Assembly: GCA_963662465.1 (NCBI GenBank)
Contig: OY759599.1
Coordinates: 3,040,001-3,104,000, forward strand
DNA: 64,000 nt
Direction: 5' to 3'
Source: Desulfatiglandales bacterium
Lineage (GTDB): Bacteria > Desulfobacterota > DSM-4660 > Desulfatiglandales > Desulfatiglandaceae
The notes beneath the pieces are model-generated. The model was not told the origin of the DNA. It saw only the letters and a list, made by a program, of their open reading frames with translations, and ran no database searches. The position numbers and the translations under genes were made by a program. Below, one piece after another: positions 9,738 to 18,231 of the stretch (the stretch's first letter is position 1; every line of letters starts with the position of its first letter).

Positions 9738-10415
9738 CTAAAAGTTCAGTCCCGGCACATCAATGTAGAGACCCGGGCTCCCAAAAAGAAGTTCGGCGAT
9801 AGTCGGCTTCCGGTCCGGTCCGTAGATAACCCTTTCATGCTCTCCTATGGGAGTGATCAGGTCGTCCACCCAATCGACCTGATCCATGAGGTTTTCGTAG
9901 AGAAAAATGGAAAAACCCCGGTTTCTCATGCAATCAAAAATAGGATGGCAGAATGGTAAGAGCGATACGGGTATCCTGTTCTCTTTGACAACGTTCACCC
10001 TGCACTCGCGTCCCTCGCCTTTACCATGGGAATTTCTTACATTCCAGTAATGGGCGGCATAATCTCCAAGCCAGCTCACCTCAATAAAAAGAACCCATAC
10101 CACCCCGCCCTTGCTTTTCACAAAGTCATGGTCCTCATATTTGTCGTTCGCATTCGGGTATTTGACTATGCCGGTCTTCTCCTGAAAGTAAATCTCGCAC
10201 ATTGTAGCGTGGGCATAGTAGTCATGCTGATAATGACGACCATCGTTTTCTAAATGGTATTGGCCCCCTGTGACATGGGCCAGACTCTGAATTACCGCAT
10301 GGTACTTCTCAGAAGGTGGAGGGCATCCGTTGATAGCCGCAAATCGGATGTCTTGTTTCATTTTTTCGAGCAATTGTTTATCCATTGGGAGCATCCATGA
10401 TAATGAGATTTTCAC
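9738..10415 (-). CDS. Hypothetical protein
   Basis: 225-aa ORF with protein-like composition; the start may be the internal MDKQLL; no family recognised. Confidence 0.6.
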   Translation of the reverse strand: MKISLSWMLPMDKQLLEKMKQDIRFAAINGCPPPSEKYHAVIQSLAHVTGGQYHLENDGRHYQHDYYAHATMCEIYFQEKTGIVKYPNANDKYEDHDFVKSKGGVVWVLFIEVSWLGDYAAHYWNVRNSHGKGEGRECRVNVVKENRIPVSLLPFCHPIFDCMRNRGFSIFLYENLMDQVDWVDDLITPIGEHERVIYGPDRKPTIAELLFGSPGLYIDVPGLNF

Positions 10416-10598
10416 TTGGCGAAATGGTATTTGCCTTTTATACTAATAGCATTGCCGGATCATCATCGTTGATTTTTCGAATAATATTTCGTAGCTTCAT
10501 GGGAAATTTGAAGGTAGGCGCTTGTGGGTAGAACACTGTCAATAAAGCACTGCATGGGAAAACCAAATTAGGGATTTTCAAAGTGGAGGGCATACAAA

Positions 10599-11405
10599 AT
10601 GAAATCCGTATTATTTCATGTTCAAATATTCGTACTGATGGTTTTTCTCTTTTCATCATGCAGCACGGTTCCCTTGACCGGTAGAACCCAGCTGGATCTC
10701 ATTCCCAGTTCAACAATGCTTTCCATGAGCTTCCAGCAGTATGACGATTTTCTCAAAAACAACAAGCTCAGCACGAATCATGCGCAGACGCAAATGGTCA
10801 AACGGGTCGGTCAAAAAATTCAGAAGGCCGTGGAACAGTATATGGCGGAGAACCATCTGTCCCACAAACTGCAAGATTACCATTGGGAATTTAATCTGGT
10901 GGAGAGCCCGGAGGTCAACGCATGGTGTATGCCCGGCGGAAAGGTTGTGGTGTATACCGGGATACTCCCCATGACGAAAGACGAAGCCGGCCTGGCCGTG
11001 GTCATGGGGCATGAAATCGCCCACGCCGTGGCACGGCACGGGGATGAACGCATGAGCCACGGACTGCTGGTTCAAACGGGAGGCATCGCCCTTTCCGCAG
11101 CCCTGACAAACAACTCGGAAACAACGCGTCAGCTCTGGATGACCGCCTTCGGGGTGGGTTCCTCCGTGGGGGTCATCCTCCCGTACAGCCGCCTGCATGA
11201 GAGCGAGGCGGACCGTCTCGGACTGGTCTTTATGGCCATGGCCGGATACGATCCCCGGAGGGCCGTCGACTTCTGGGAACGGATGGCCCAACAGAAAAAA
11301 GGAGAGGCCCCACCCGAGTTCCTAAGCACCCACCCCTCCGACAAAACACGTATCGAGCAGATCAAGGCAGAAATTCCCGGCGCAATGAAGTACTACAAAA
11401 AATAG
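10599..11405 (+). CDS. M48-family zinc metallopeptidase lipoprotein
   Basis: Lipobox FSSC, VNAWCMPGG, HEIAH, ESEAD, FLSTHP. Confidence 0.93.
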   Translation: MKSVLFHVQIFVLMVFLFSSCSTVPLTGRTQLDLIPSSTMLSMSFQQYDDFLKNNKLSTNHAQTQMVKRVGQKIQKAVEQYMAENHLSHKLQDYHWEFNLVESPEVNAWCMPGGKVVVYTGILPMTKDEAGLAVVMGHEIAHAVARHGDERMSHGLLVQTGGIALSAALTNNSETTRQLWMTAFGVGSSVGVILPYSRLHESEADRLGLVFMAMAGYDPRRAVDFWERMAQQKKGEAPPEFLSTHPSDKTRIEQIKAEIPGAMKYYKK

Positions 11406-11970
11406 CGGGATGTTTGCCTTTTATGGCGGCATAAAAATCCCCGATGGTTTCCATGTCCCTTTCCATACGGCCCGTGACGTAAACCGTCGGTCCGATGCCC
11501 CCGATTTTTTTTCTGTAATCCAGATACCCCAACACCACCGGGACCCCCGCTCCTTTGGCAATATGGTAGAATCCACTCTTCCAGTACGCCGTTTTTCTTC
11601 GGGTGCCGGATGGGGAAACCACGAGAACCATGGGGTCATATTTCCTGAAAACCTCAATTGACTGTGCCACAACATTATGTCCTCTCGATCGATCAACAGG
11701 AAAGGCCCCCAACCATCGCATGAAGGGCCCCATGGGCCATTTGAACCAGGCGCCCTTCATCATGATCACGGGCTTTATACCGAAGATGAGGGCAAGACAA
11801 ATGGTGTAAACAAAATCCCAGTTGGAGGTATGGGGCGCCGCAATGATGACATATTTTGAAATATCGGGTTTTTGCCCGGCGGCCCGCCATCCCGAGACTT
11901 TAAAAATCATCAGCGCCAGCCAACGCATAAGGGTTTTACAGATAAACGTATCGTGTACGGTATTGCGCAT
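11362..11970 (-). CDS. Lysophospholipid/glycerol acyltransferase (PlsC-like)
   Basis: APHTSNWD (HX4D), PVDR, PSGTR, WKSGFYHIA; probable start ATG 11970. Confidence 0.88.
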   Translation of the reverse strand: MRNTVHDTFICKTLMRWLALMIFKVSGWRAAGQKPDISKYVIIAAPHTSNWDFVYTICLALIFGIKPVIMMKGAWFKWPMGPFMRWLGAFPVDRSRGHNVVAQSIEVFRKYDPMVLVVSPSGTRRKTAYWKSGFYHIAKGAGVPVVLGYLDYRKKIGGIGPTVYVTGRMERDMETIGDFYAAIKGKHPAIFCSTSLRREFLP

Positions 11971-11986
11971 TTTTTTATTCCTTAAT

Positions 11987-13606
11987 TTAAGTTTCAGGGC
12001 GGGCACGAAACCTGCCCCCGCGGGTTTTTCGAAGGATGCTCCACAGGATCAAAAGGATTCCCAACCCCAGGGAAATCCGTCCCAGCCAATCGCCATGCCG
12101 GGCAAAGAAGGTGAGCCCCCGGCGAAGGCGGACCTCTCCCGTGAGGGTCGCCTTTTGCCACCAGGGGGTTTGGGCCGTCACCATCCCTTTGGCATCGATC
12201 AGGGCGGAAATACCGGTGTTGGCCACGCGAACCAGATCCCGGCGGCATTCGATGGCGCGAATGGGACTGAAATTGAAGTGATGTTGATACCCCGGCGTGT
12301 TTTTCCACCACCCGTCGTTGGTGATCATGCAGATAAACCCCTTTTGCTCGGTCAGATTTTGAGCGCAGTAGGGGCCGAATACCGATTCAAAACAGACGAT
12401 GGGCAGGATGCTGGTGGAACCGTCGGACAATTCAAAATGAGAACTCGCCTGTCGGTCGCTGTAGGCGCCGTTATACCCCCCAAGCTCAAGAGAGAACCGT
12501 CCCAGAAAGCCCACATATTGCACAAACGGCATTCGCTCGAATATGGGCACCAGTTTGGTCTTGTGATAGAACTGGGGGGCAGCGCCAGGGACCAGGAAAA
12601 GGGCCGTATTAAAGGCCTCGTAGTAAAACCCCTTTTCCCGGTCAAAACGACTCCCCGGCGGAACATCCCGGCCCAGCTTCCGGTAACTGTGGATGCCCAG
12701 GAGGCAATTGAGCCGTGGGTGTTTTTCCCGAAAATCCATTAATTGACGGTAATAGGGCGATGCCAAAGGGTTTTCCTCATCGATCCGTTGTACAATAAAG
12801 GTTTCGGGACCCAACAGATACCGGGTCTCGTCATTGCAAAGCGTCTCCGCAACCCTGAAAAATTCTTCCAGGTGTCGAGCCTGTTTTTCCGGGACAAACT
12901 TTTCCGTGTAGGGATCAAGATTCGGCTGAATCAGAGCGATCTTGACCGTTTCGCCCTCTTCTTGAAAATTGCGGTACAGTTGATACGATAAAAAGGAGGG
13001 GACCCATAACAAAAGAAAGATTCCCACTCCAACAAGGGCCATTGAACCCGCACCCCTTTTTTGACAGATCCCGTATGCCTTGAAGACGGCAAAATTGGTC
13101 AGAATGATCCAGAGGCTTCCACCACGAACACCGGTAAACTCAACCCATTGGATGAGCCCCGGCGCCGTGACCAGGGCGTTCCCCAGGTTAAACCAGGGCC
13201 AGGCCAGATCCCAGATGTTGTGAAAATATTCGTACCCCATCCAGATGAACAGAAAAGGGAAAAACAACGGTATTTTCACGATGGTTCGCACACGGCTTGC
13301 GGACCAGAACACAAGGGCCTGTAAAAGGGCATTGGCCAGGATGATGCATATGGCCCCCAGCCATTGGGCCTGAACAATCCACCAGGATCCCAGGATATTC
13401 CAAAGCAGGAACCCGGCAAAGGCGAGATTAAAGAGGGCGTAAGGGTTCCGGTTGTCAGGATGGTCGTGGATATCCGCTTCCAGTTGAAACAGGGGAACCC
13501 AGGCAATAAAGATCAGAAAGAAAAATACGGGAATAACCCAGGGGATACCCAGCAACAAGCCGCCGGCCAGAGCAAAGGAAAGGTCTTTTCTGATGTTCGA
13601 ATTCAT
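11987..13606 (-). CDS. lnt: Apolipoprotein N-acyltransferase
   Basis: Multiple TM helices; QPN, GPET, YHKTKLVP, IVCFES (E-K-C triad), ITNDGWW, RVANTGISA. Start uncertain (13606 or 13687). Confidence 0.93.
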   Translation of the reverse strand: MNSNIRKDLSFALAGGLLLGIPWVIPVFFFLIFIAWVPLFQLEADIHDHPDNRNPYALFNLAFAGFLLWNILGSWWIVQAQWLGAICIILANALLQALVFWSASRVRTIVKIPLFFPFLFIWMGYEYFHNIWDLAWPWFNLGNALVTAPGLIQWVEFTGVRGGSLWIILTNFAVFKAYGICQKRGAGSMALVGVGIFLLLWVPSFLSYQLYRNFQEEGETVKIALIQPNLDPYTEKFVPEKQARHLEEFFRVAETLCNDETRYLLGPETFIVQRIDEENPLASPYYRQLMDFREKHPRLNCLLGIHSYRKLGRDVPPGSRFDREKGFYYEAFNTALFLVPGAAPQFYHKTKLVPIFERMPFVQYVGFLGRFSLELGGYNGAYSDRQASSHFELSDGSTSILPIVCFESVFGPYCAQNLTEQKGFICMITNDGWWKNTPGYQHHFNFSPIRAIECRRDLVRVANTGISALIDAKGMVTAQTPWWQKATLTGEVRLRRGLTFFARHGDWLGRISLGLGILLILWSILRKTRGGRFRARPET

Positions 13607-13776
13607 TTGATCTCGAATTTCTGGTGCAAGATAAGCCTGATCCGGCAAAAAGCAACGGGTTATTTTCCCTTTCCAGGATTTTACCATGATGAATCGGAAC
13701 TTTAGGTTCGCCTAGCTGCAATACGGGAACCGGCGGTTCTCTCTCTCGGGCGTTATGATAAATAAAACCAGTTTAA

Positions 13777-13811
13777 TATCAACATGTTACGATTATGGCA
13801 CGACAAATGCA
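13777..13811 (+). promoter_or_regulatory. sigma54 (-24/-12) promoter with adjacent IHF site
   Basis: TGGCAC-GACAA-ATGCA at 13796-13811; TATCAACATGTTA at 13777-13789 matches the IHF consensus WATCAANNNNTTR. Confidence 0.7.
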
Positions 13812-13940
13812 GTGTCATACGGGAGAGGGGAATGCAACCCCCATAAAAAACAGGACGAAAAGGCGCCGGGTATTCCGCGTTTGCTTCGGAAGCGGAGTGC
13901 CCTATTATATTTTATGAGAAGCAATGGGAGGCAAGAAATA

Positions 13941-15296
13941 ATGGAAGAGGAGATTCTCACCGCGGATGATAGTGAACCCCCCAATATCAGGGCGGCATTT
14001 GGGGCTTGTTTAGCGGCGAAAGCGTGTTTACCCGCAAAGCGACACCGGGCCAAAAAAGCCAAGGTCACATACCTGAAAAAGGTGGCGGAAGTATCCAGGT
14101 TCCATGTAAGTCCTGCTGCCTGCGATTTTCAAAAAAAGTATTTTCCTAAAATCAGCCCGGCCGAATGGGACGACTGGCACTGGCAACTGAAAAACCGAAT
14201 CACCAGCCTTTCCCAACTGGCCCCCATGATCCATCTTTCCCATGAGGAAAACGAGGCCATCAACCATTGCAGCAGGGGGCTCCCCCTTGCCGTTACGCCC
14301 TACTATGCAAGCCTCCTGGAACAGGACAATCCTTTTCAACCCTTGCGCCGTGCAGTGATCCCCGTTACCGCCGAGCAGCAATCCTTCCCCGGAGAAGCAT
14401 CAGACCCCCTGGGCGAAGAAAACGACAGTCCGGTTCCCGGTCTAATCCACCGTTATCCCGACAGGGTGTTGTTCCTGGTCACCGATTTTTGCTCCACCTA
14501 CTGCCGTTACTGCACCCGTTCACGGATGGTGGGTCAAAAAGGCGGCGGGACCTTTCATAAGGCTCGCCTTGAAAAGGCGCTGGCATACATCCGGGAACAC
14601 CCGGAAATCAGGGATGTTCTCATTTCGGGCGGGGATCCCTTGACCTTGTCCGATACAAAACTGGAGTGGCTCCTTTCCCGGTTGAAACAGATTTCCCATG
14701 TGGAATTCGTGCGCATCGGCACCAAGGTCCCCGTGGTGCTCCCTCAGCGCATTACCCCGGCACTCACCCGAATGTTGAAACGCTATCATCCCCTGTGGAT
14801 CAGCATCCATTTCACCCATCCCGATGAACTCACCCCTGAAACGGTGCAGGCCTGCGGGCGTCTTGCGGATGCGGGCATTCCACTGGGAAGCCAGACGGTT
14901 CTCCTGAAAGGCATCAATGACCAGGTGGACACCATGAAGCGCCTGGTACAGGGTCTTCTGAAGGCGCGGGTAAGGCCGTACTACCTGTATCAGTGCGATC
15001 CGATCACAGGCTCGGCCCACTTCCGCACCACCGTGGAAAAGGGTCTGGAGATCATCAGGGGGTTGCGGGGGCATACAACGGGATATGCCGTTCCCAACTA
15101 TGTGATTGACGCCCCCGGGGGAGGCGGAAAGATTCCGTTGCTCCCGGAATATTTCATGGGCCGGGACGGGGATGATCTCGTGCTGAAAAACTATCAGGGC
15201 AGGCTTTATCGTTATCCGGATCCCGTGGATCAATGCATGGGAGACACTCCCGCCCCCACCCCTTGTCTTAACGAACAGGAGGGACCTGCATGCTGA
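13941..15296 (+). CDS. kamA: KamA-family radical SAM/PLP lysine 2,3-aminomutase
   Basis: HRYPDRVL, CSTYCRYC (CxxxCxxC), SGGDPL, QTVLLKGIND, PYYLYQCD, IDAPGGGGKIP; start ATG 13941 after GGGAGG. Confidence 0.92.
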   Translation: MEEEILTADDSEPPNIRAAFGACLAAKACLPAKRHRAKKAKVTYLKKVAEVSRFHVSPAACDFQKKYFPKISPAEWDDWHWQLKNRITSLSQLAPMIHLSHEENEAINHCSRGLPLAVTPYYASLLEQDNPFQPLRRAVIPVTAEQQSFPGEASDPLGEENDSPVPGLIHRYPDRVLFLVTDFCSTYCRYCTRSRMVGQKGGGTFHKARLEKALAYIREHPEIRDVLISGGDPLTLSDTKLEWLLSRLKQISHVEFVRIGTKVPVVLPQRITPALTRMLKRYHPLWISIHFTHPDELTPETVQACGRLADAGIPLGSQTVLLKGINDQVDTMKRLVQGLLKARVRPYYLYQCDPITGSAHFRTTVEKGLEIIRGLRGHTTGYAVPNYVIDAPGGGGKIPLLPEYFMGRDGDDLVLKNYQGRLYRYPDPVDQCMGDTPAPTPCLNEQEGPAC

Positions 15297-16291
15297 TCGG
15301 GCTGACCTATGACCTTCGAGACGACTACCTCAATGCCGGTTTCAGCAAAGAGGATACAGCGGAATTTGACAGTGAAGCGGTGATTCTGGGCATTGAAGGG
15401 GCACTGGGGGCATTGGGTTACCGCACGGAGCGGATCGGAAACATCCGGAGTCTGATCCGGAAACTGGATCGGGGCGACACCTGGGACCTGGTTTTCAACA
15501 TTGCCGAGGGCCTCAGGGGATTCGGCAGAGAAGCGCAGGTCCCCGCTCTCCTGGATGCATACGACATTCCCTATACCTTTTCCGATCCCCTGGTGCTGAG
15601 TCTGACGCTGCATAAGGGGATGACCAAGCGGGTCATCCGCGACCTGGGGATTCCCACACCGGACTTTCGCGTCATAGAAACCGGTCGGGATGCGGAAAAA
15701 ATCGACCTTCCCCTTCCCCTCTTTGCCAAACCCGTGGCCGAGGGAACCGGCAAGGGCATCGATGCCGCATCGAAGATCTCCCAAAGGGATCATATTGTCC
15801 CGGTGTGCCGTGGGCTTTTGGGCCGGTTCAACCAGCCGGTTCTGGTGGAAACCTTTCTTCCGGGAAGGGAATTTACCGTGGGCATTGTGGGAACAGGTGA
15901 AAACGCCGTCGTCATCGGCGTGATGGAGGTATTGCTCCGTCAAGAGGCGGAGCAGGGCGCCTATTCCTTCTTGAACAAGGAACGATTCGAGGATCTGGTG
16001 GAATACCGTCTCGTGGAAGATGAGGAATCAAAAAGGGCCGAAGAAGTGGCTTTGGCGTCCTGGCGAGGTCTTGGATGCCGGGATGCGGGACGGGTGGACC
16101 TTCGAAGCGACGGGAACGCCGTCCCCAACTTCATCGAAGTAAATCCCCTGGCCGGGCTCCATCCCGTGCATTCGGATCTTCCCATCCTCTCTTATCTGGC
16201 CGGGGTAACTTATCAGGAACTCATTGAAATGATAATGGAATCTGTCGAACGAAGGCTTCGAAACCAGGAATCGCCGAAAACGGAGGCCTGA
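15290..16291 (+). CDS. ATP-grasp ligase, D-Ala-D-Ala ligase-like (copy 1)
   Basis: FNIAEG, KP..EGTGKGI, ETFLPGREF, RVDLR, IEVNPLAG; lacks the Ddl N-terminal GGxSxE motif. Confidence 0.88.
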   Translation: MLIGLTYDLRDDYLNAGFSKEDTAEFDSEAVILGIEGALGALGYRTERIGNIRSLIRKLDRGDTWDLVFNIAEGLRGFGREAQVPALLDAYDIPYTFSDPLVLSLTLHKGMTKRVIRDLGIPTPDFRVIETGRDAEKIDLPLPLFAKPVAEGTGKGIDAASKISQRDHIVPVCRGLLGRFNQPVLVETFLPGREFTVGIVGTGENAVVIGVMEVLLRQEAEQGAYSFLNKERFEDLVEYRLVEDEESKRAEEVALASWRGLGCRDAGRVDLRSDGNAVPNFIEVNPLAGLHPVHSDLPILSYLAGVTYQELIEMIMESVERRLRNQESPKTEA

Positions 16292-16296
16292 TCCCC

Positions 16297-17307
16297 ATGA
16301 AAGCGGTTATCGTTTATGATAAAATCGCCGAAAAGATGACCGATCCGGACCACAAGGATGTGCTCGAACAGGTCCGGGCGGTCGGCGAGGTTCTGGGCGC
16401 CATGGGATATACGCCCCTCGAACTGGGGATCACCATGGACCTGGCTAACCTGGAGGAGAAACTGAACGCTTTTTGCCCCGACGTTGTGTTCAACCTGGTG
16501 GAGTCTCTATCAGGCGCCGGCCGGTTGATCCACCTGGCGCCCGCCGTCCTGGAGTTTCTTGGGTTCCCTTATACGGGCGCCCCCGCGGATGCGTTGTATC
16601 AAACCTCTAATAAGGCCGTTTCAAAGCGGCTGCTGCAAGGATCGGATCTCCCCACCCCGGAGGCATTTTTTCAGGAAGGCGGTCTAAACCATTTAATGCC
16701 CCGGAAGGGAACCCACTACATCATCAAATCCGTCTGGGAACATGCCTCCATCGGGATCGAGGATGATTCGGTGGTGGTGGTTCAGGATAAAGCGCAACTG
16801 GTCCAGGCCATGGCATCCCGAAGAAAGGCCCTCGGAGGGAGCTGCTTTGCGGAGAGATATATTGAAGGGCGGGAATTCAATCTTTCCCTGTTGACGTCCC
16901 CTGAAGGCCCTCTGCTGCTCCCCCCCGCGGAAATCCGGTTTGACCGGTTCCCTCCCGGAAAACGAAAAATCGTGGGGTACACGGCCAAGTGGGATACGGC
17001 TTCGTTTGAATACCATCATACCCCGCGCAGTTTCCAATTTCCCCCGGAAGATGCGCCCCTGCTGGACCGCATGGCGGATTTGGCCAAAAGGTGCTGGCGT
17101 CTTTTCGGCATCCGGGGTTACGCAAGGGTGGATTTCAGGGTTGACCATGACAATAACCCGTGGATACTGGAGGTCAATGCAAACCCCTGCCTGTCACCGG
17201 ACGCGGGATTCGCGGCCGCCGCCGCCCGTTCGGGCCTTCCCTTTGGGGAAGTGGTCGAAAGAATCGTAAACGAAACGCTCAACCGGGAACATTTGCAATC
17301 CCTCTGA
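16297..17307 (+). CDS. ATP-grasp ligase, D-Ala-D-Ala ligase-like (copy 2)
   Basis: FNLVES, KS..EHASIGI, ERYIEGREF, YARVDFR, LEVNANP. Confidence 0.88.
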   Translation: MKAVIVYDKIAEKMTDPDHKDVLEQVRAVGEVLGAMGYTPLELGITMDLANLEEKLNAFCPDVVFNLVESLSGAGRLIHLAPAVLEFLGFPYTGAPADALYQTSNKAVSKRLLQGSDLPTPEAFFQEGGLNHLMPRKGTHYIIKSVWEHASIGIEDDSVVVVQDKAQLVQAMASRRKALGGSCFAERYIEGREFNLSLLTSPEGPLLLPPAEIRFDRFPPGKRKIVGYTAKWDTASFEYHHTPRSFQFPPEDAPLLDRMADLAKRCWRLFGIRGYARVDFRVDHDNNPWILEVNANPCLSPDAGFAAAAARSGLPFGEVVERIVNETLNREHLQSL

Positions 17308-17322
17308 ACAAAGATCGCAACC

Positions 17323-17820
17323 ATGCATCCAAAACCCATGCGCTTTAGAGAAGCGCCCGTTCAGGGCGACAGGAAAAGGGTTCGAGAGATCATTGCCTCC
17401 TCCGGATTTTTTTCCCACGAAGAGATCGAGGTAGCCGACGAGCTGGTGCAGGAGCGACTTGGCAAAGGGATTTCAAGCGGATACCTGTTTCTGTTTGCGG
17501 AAGTGGAAGGCCGCGTCGTGGGATATGCCTGTTACGGTCCCATTCCCTGCACCCTTCAAAGCTACGACCTTTACTGGATTGCCGTGGAGGAGACCCTGCG
17601 GGGGGCGGGGGTCGGCCGGGAGTTGCTTCGAAGATCCGAACAGGCCATGGCACGAGCCGGGGGCACGCGCATCTACGTTGAAACCAGCTCCCGTGAACAA
17701 TACGGATCCACCAGGGCCTTCTACGACGCCTGTGGTTATGGGGAAGCGGCCGTGCTGGAAGATTTCTACTCCCCCGGGGATCACAAAGTGATTTATCTGA
17801 AGGTGCTGCCGGGAAAATAA
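17323..17820 (+). CDS. GNAT-family N-acetyltransferase
   Basis: LYWIAV...LRGAGVG acetyl-CoA motif, YVETSS, RAFY..CGY. Confidence 0.9.
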   Translation: MHPKPMRFREAPVQGDRKRVREIIASSGFFSHEEIEVADELVQERLGKGISSGYLFLFAEVEGRVVGYACYGPIPCTLQSYDLYWIAVEETLRGAGVGRELLRRSEQAMARAGGTRIYVETSSREQYGSTRAFYDACGYGEAAVLEDFYSPGDHKVIYLKVLPGK

Positions 17821-17847
17821 CTTCAGTAACGATCAGGATTCTCTCTG

Positions 17848-18231
17848 CTAATATTCCCCGAGTCCTTGCAGAATACCCTTGGTCAGGGTCACCAGTTGCT
17901 CCATGGTGAGCGGTTTTTTCATGATTTCAAATGCCAGTCCTTCCCGCTTTGCCTGGTTCAGTTCTTCCAGAAATTCACCATAAAAGGCCGTAATAATGTA
18001 AATGGGAACATCCGGATCGATGGCTCTCAATTTTGCCAGGGTTTCCACGCCGTTCATGCCGGGCATTTTAAGATCAAGGTATATCAGATCATATTTCTGT
18101 TCTTTGGCTATTTCAACACCCTTTTGTCCGGACGGCGCGGTGTCTACCTGGAAATCGGTTTCTTCCAGGGCAAGGAGGAAAACCTTCCTGATGGCCTCGT
18201 CGTCATCGATTACAAGAATTCGTTTGATCAT
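17848..18231 (-). CDS. Single-domain response regulator
   Basis: ILVIDDD, YLDLKMP, ITAF, MKKP; ATG 18231 with AAGGAG RBS. Confidence 0.9.
   Translation of the reverse strand: MIKRILVIDDDEAIRKVFLLALEETDFQVDTAPSGQKGVEIAKEQKYDLIYLDLKMPGMNGVETLAKLRAIDPDVPIYIITAFYGEFLEELNQAKREGLAFEIMKKPLTMEQLVTLTKGILQGLGEY

Noticed and set aside
13941..15296. EF-P modification enzyme EpmB or glutamate 2,3-aminomutase
   Set aside because: Longer than EpmB with no efp/epmA adjacent; the lysine-binding aspartates are retained.
15290..17307. Housekeeping ddl or vancomycin-resistance ligases
   Set aside because: The N-terminal Ddl motif is missing and there are no mur/fts or van genes around.
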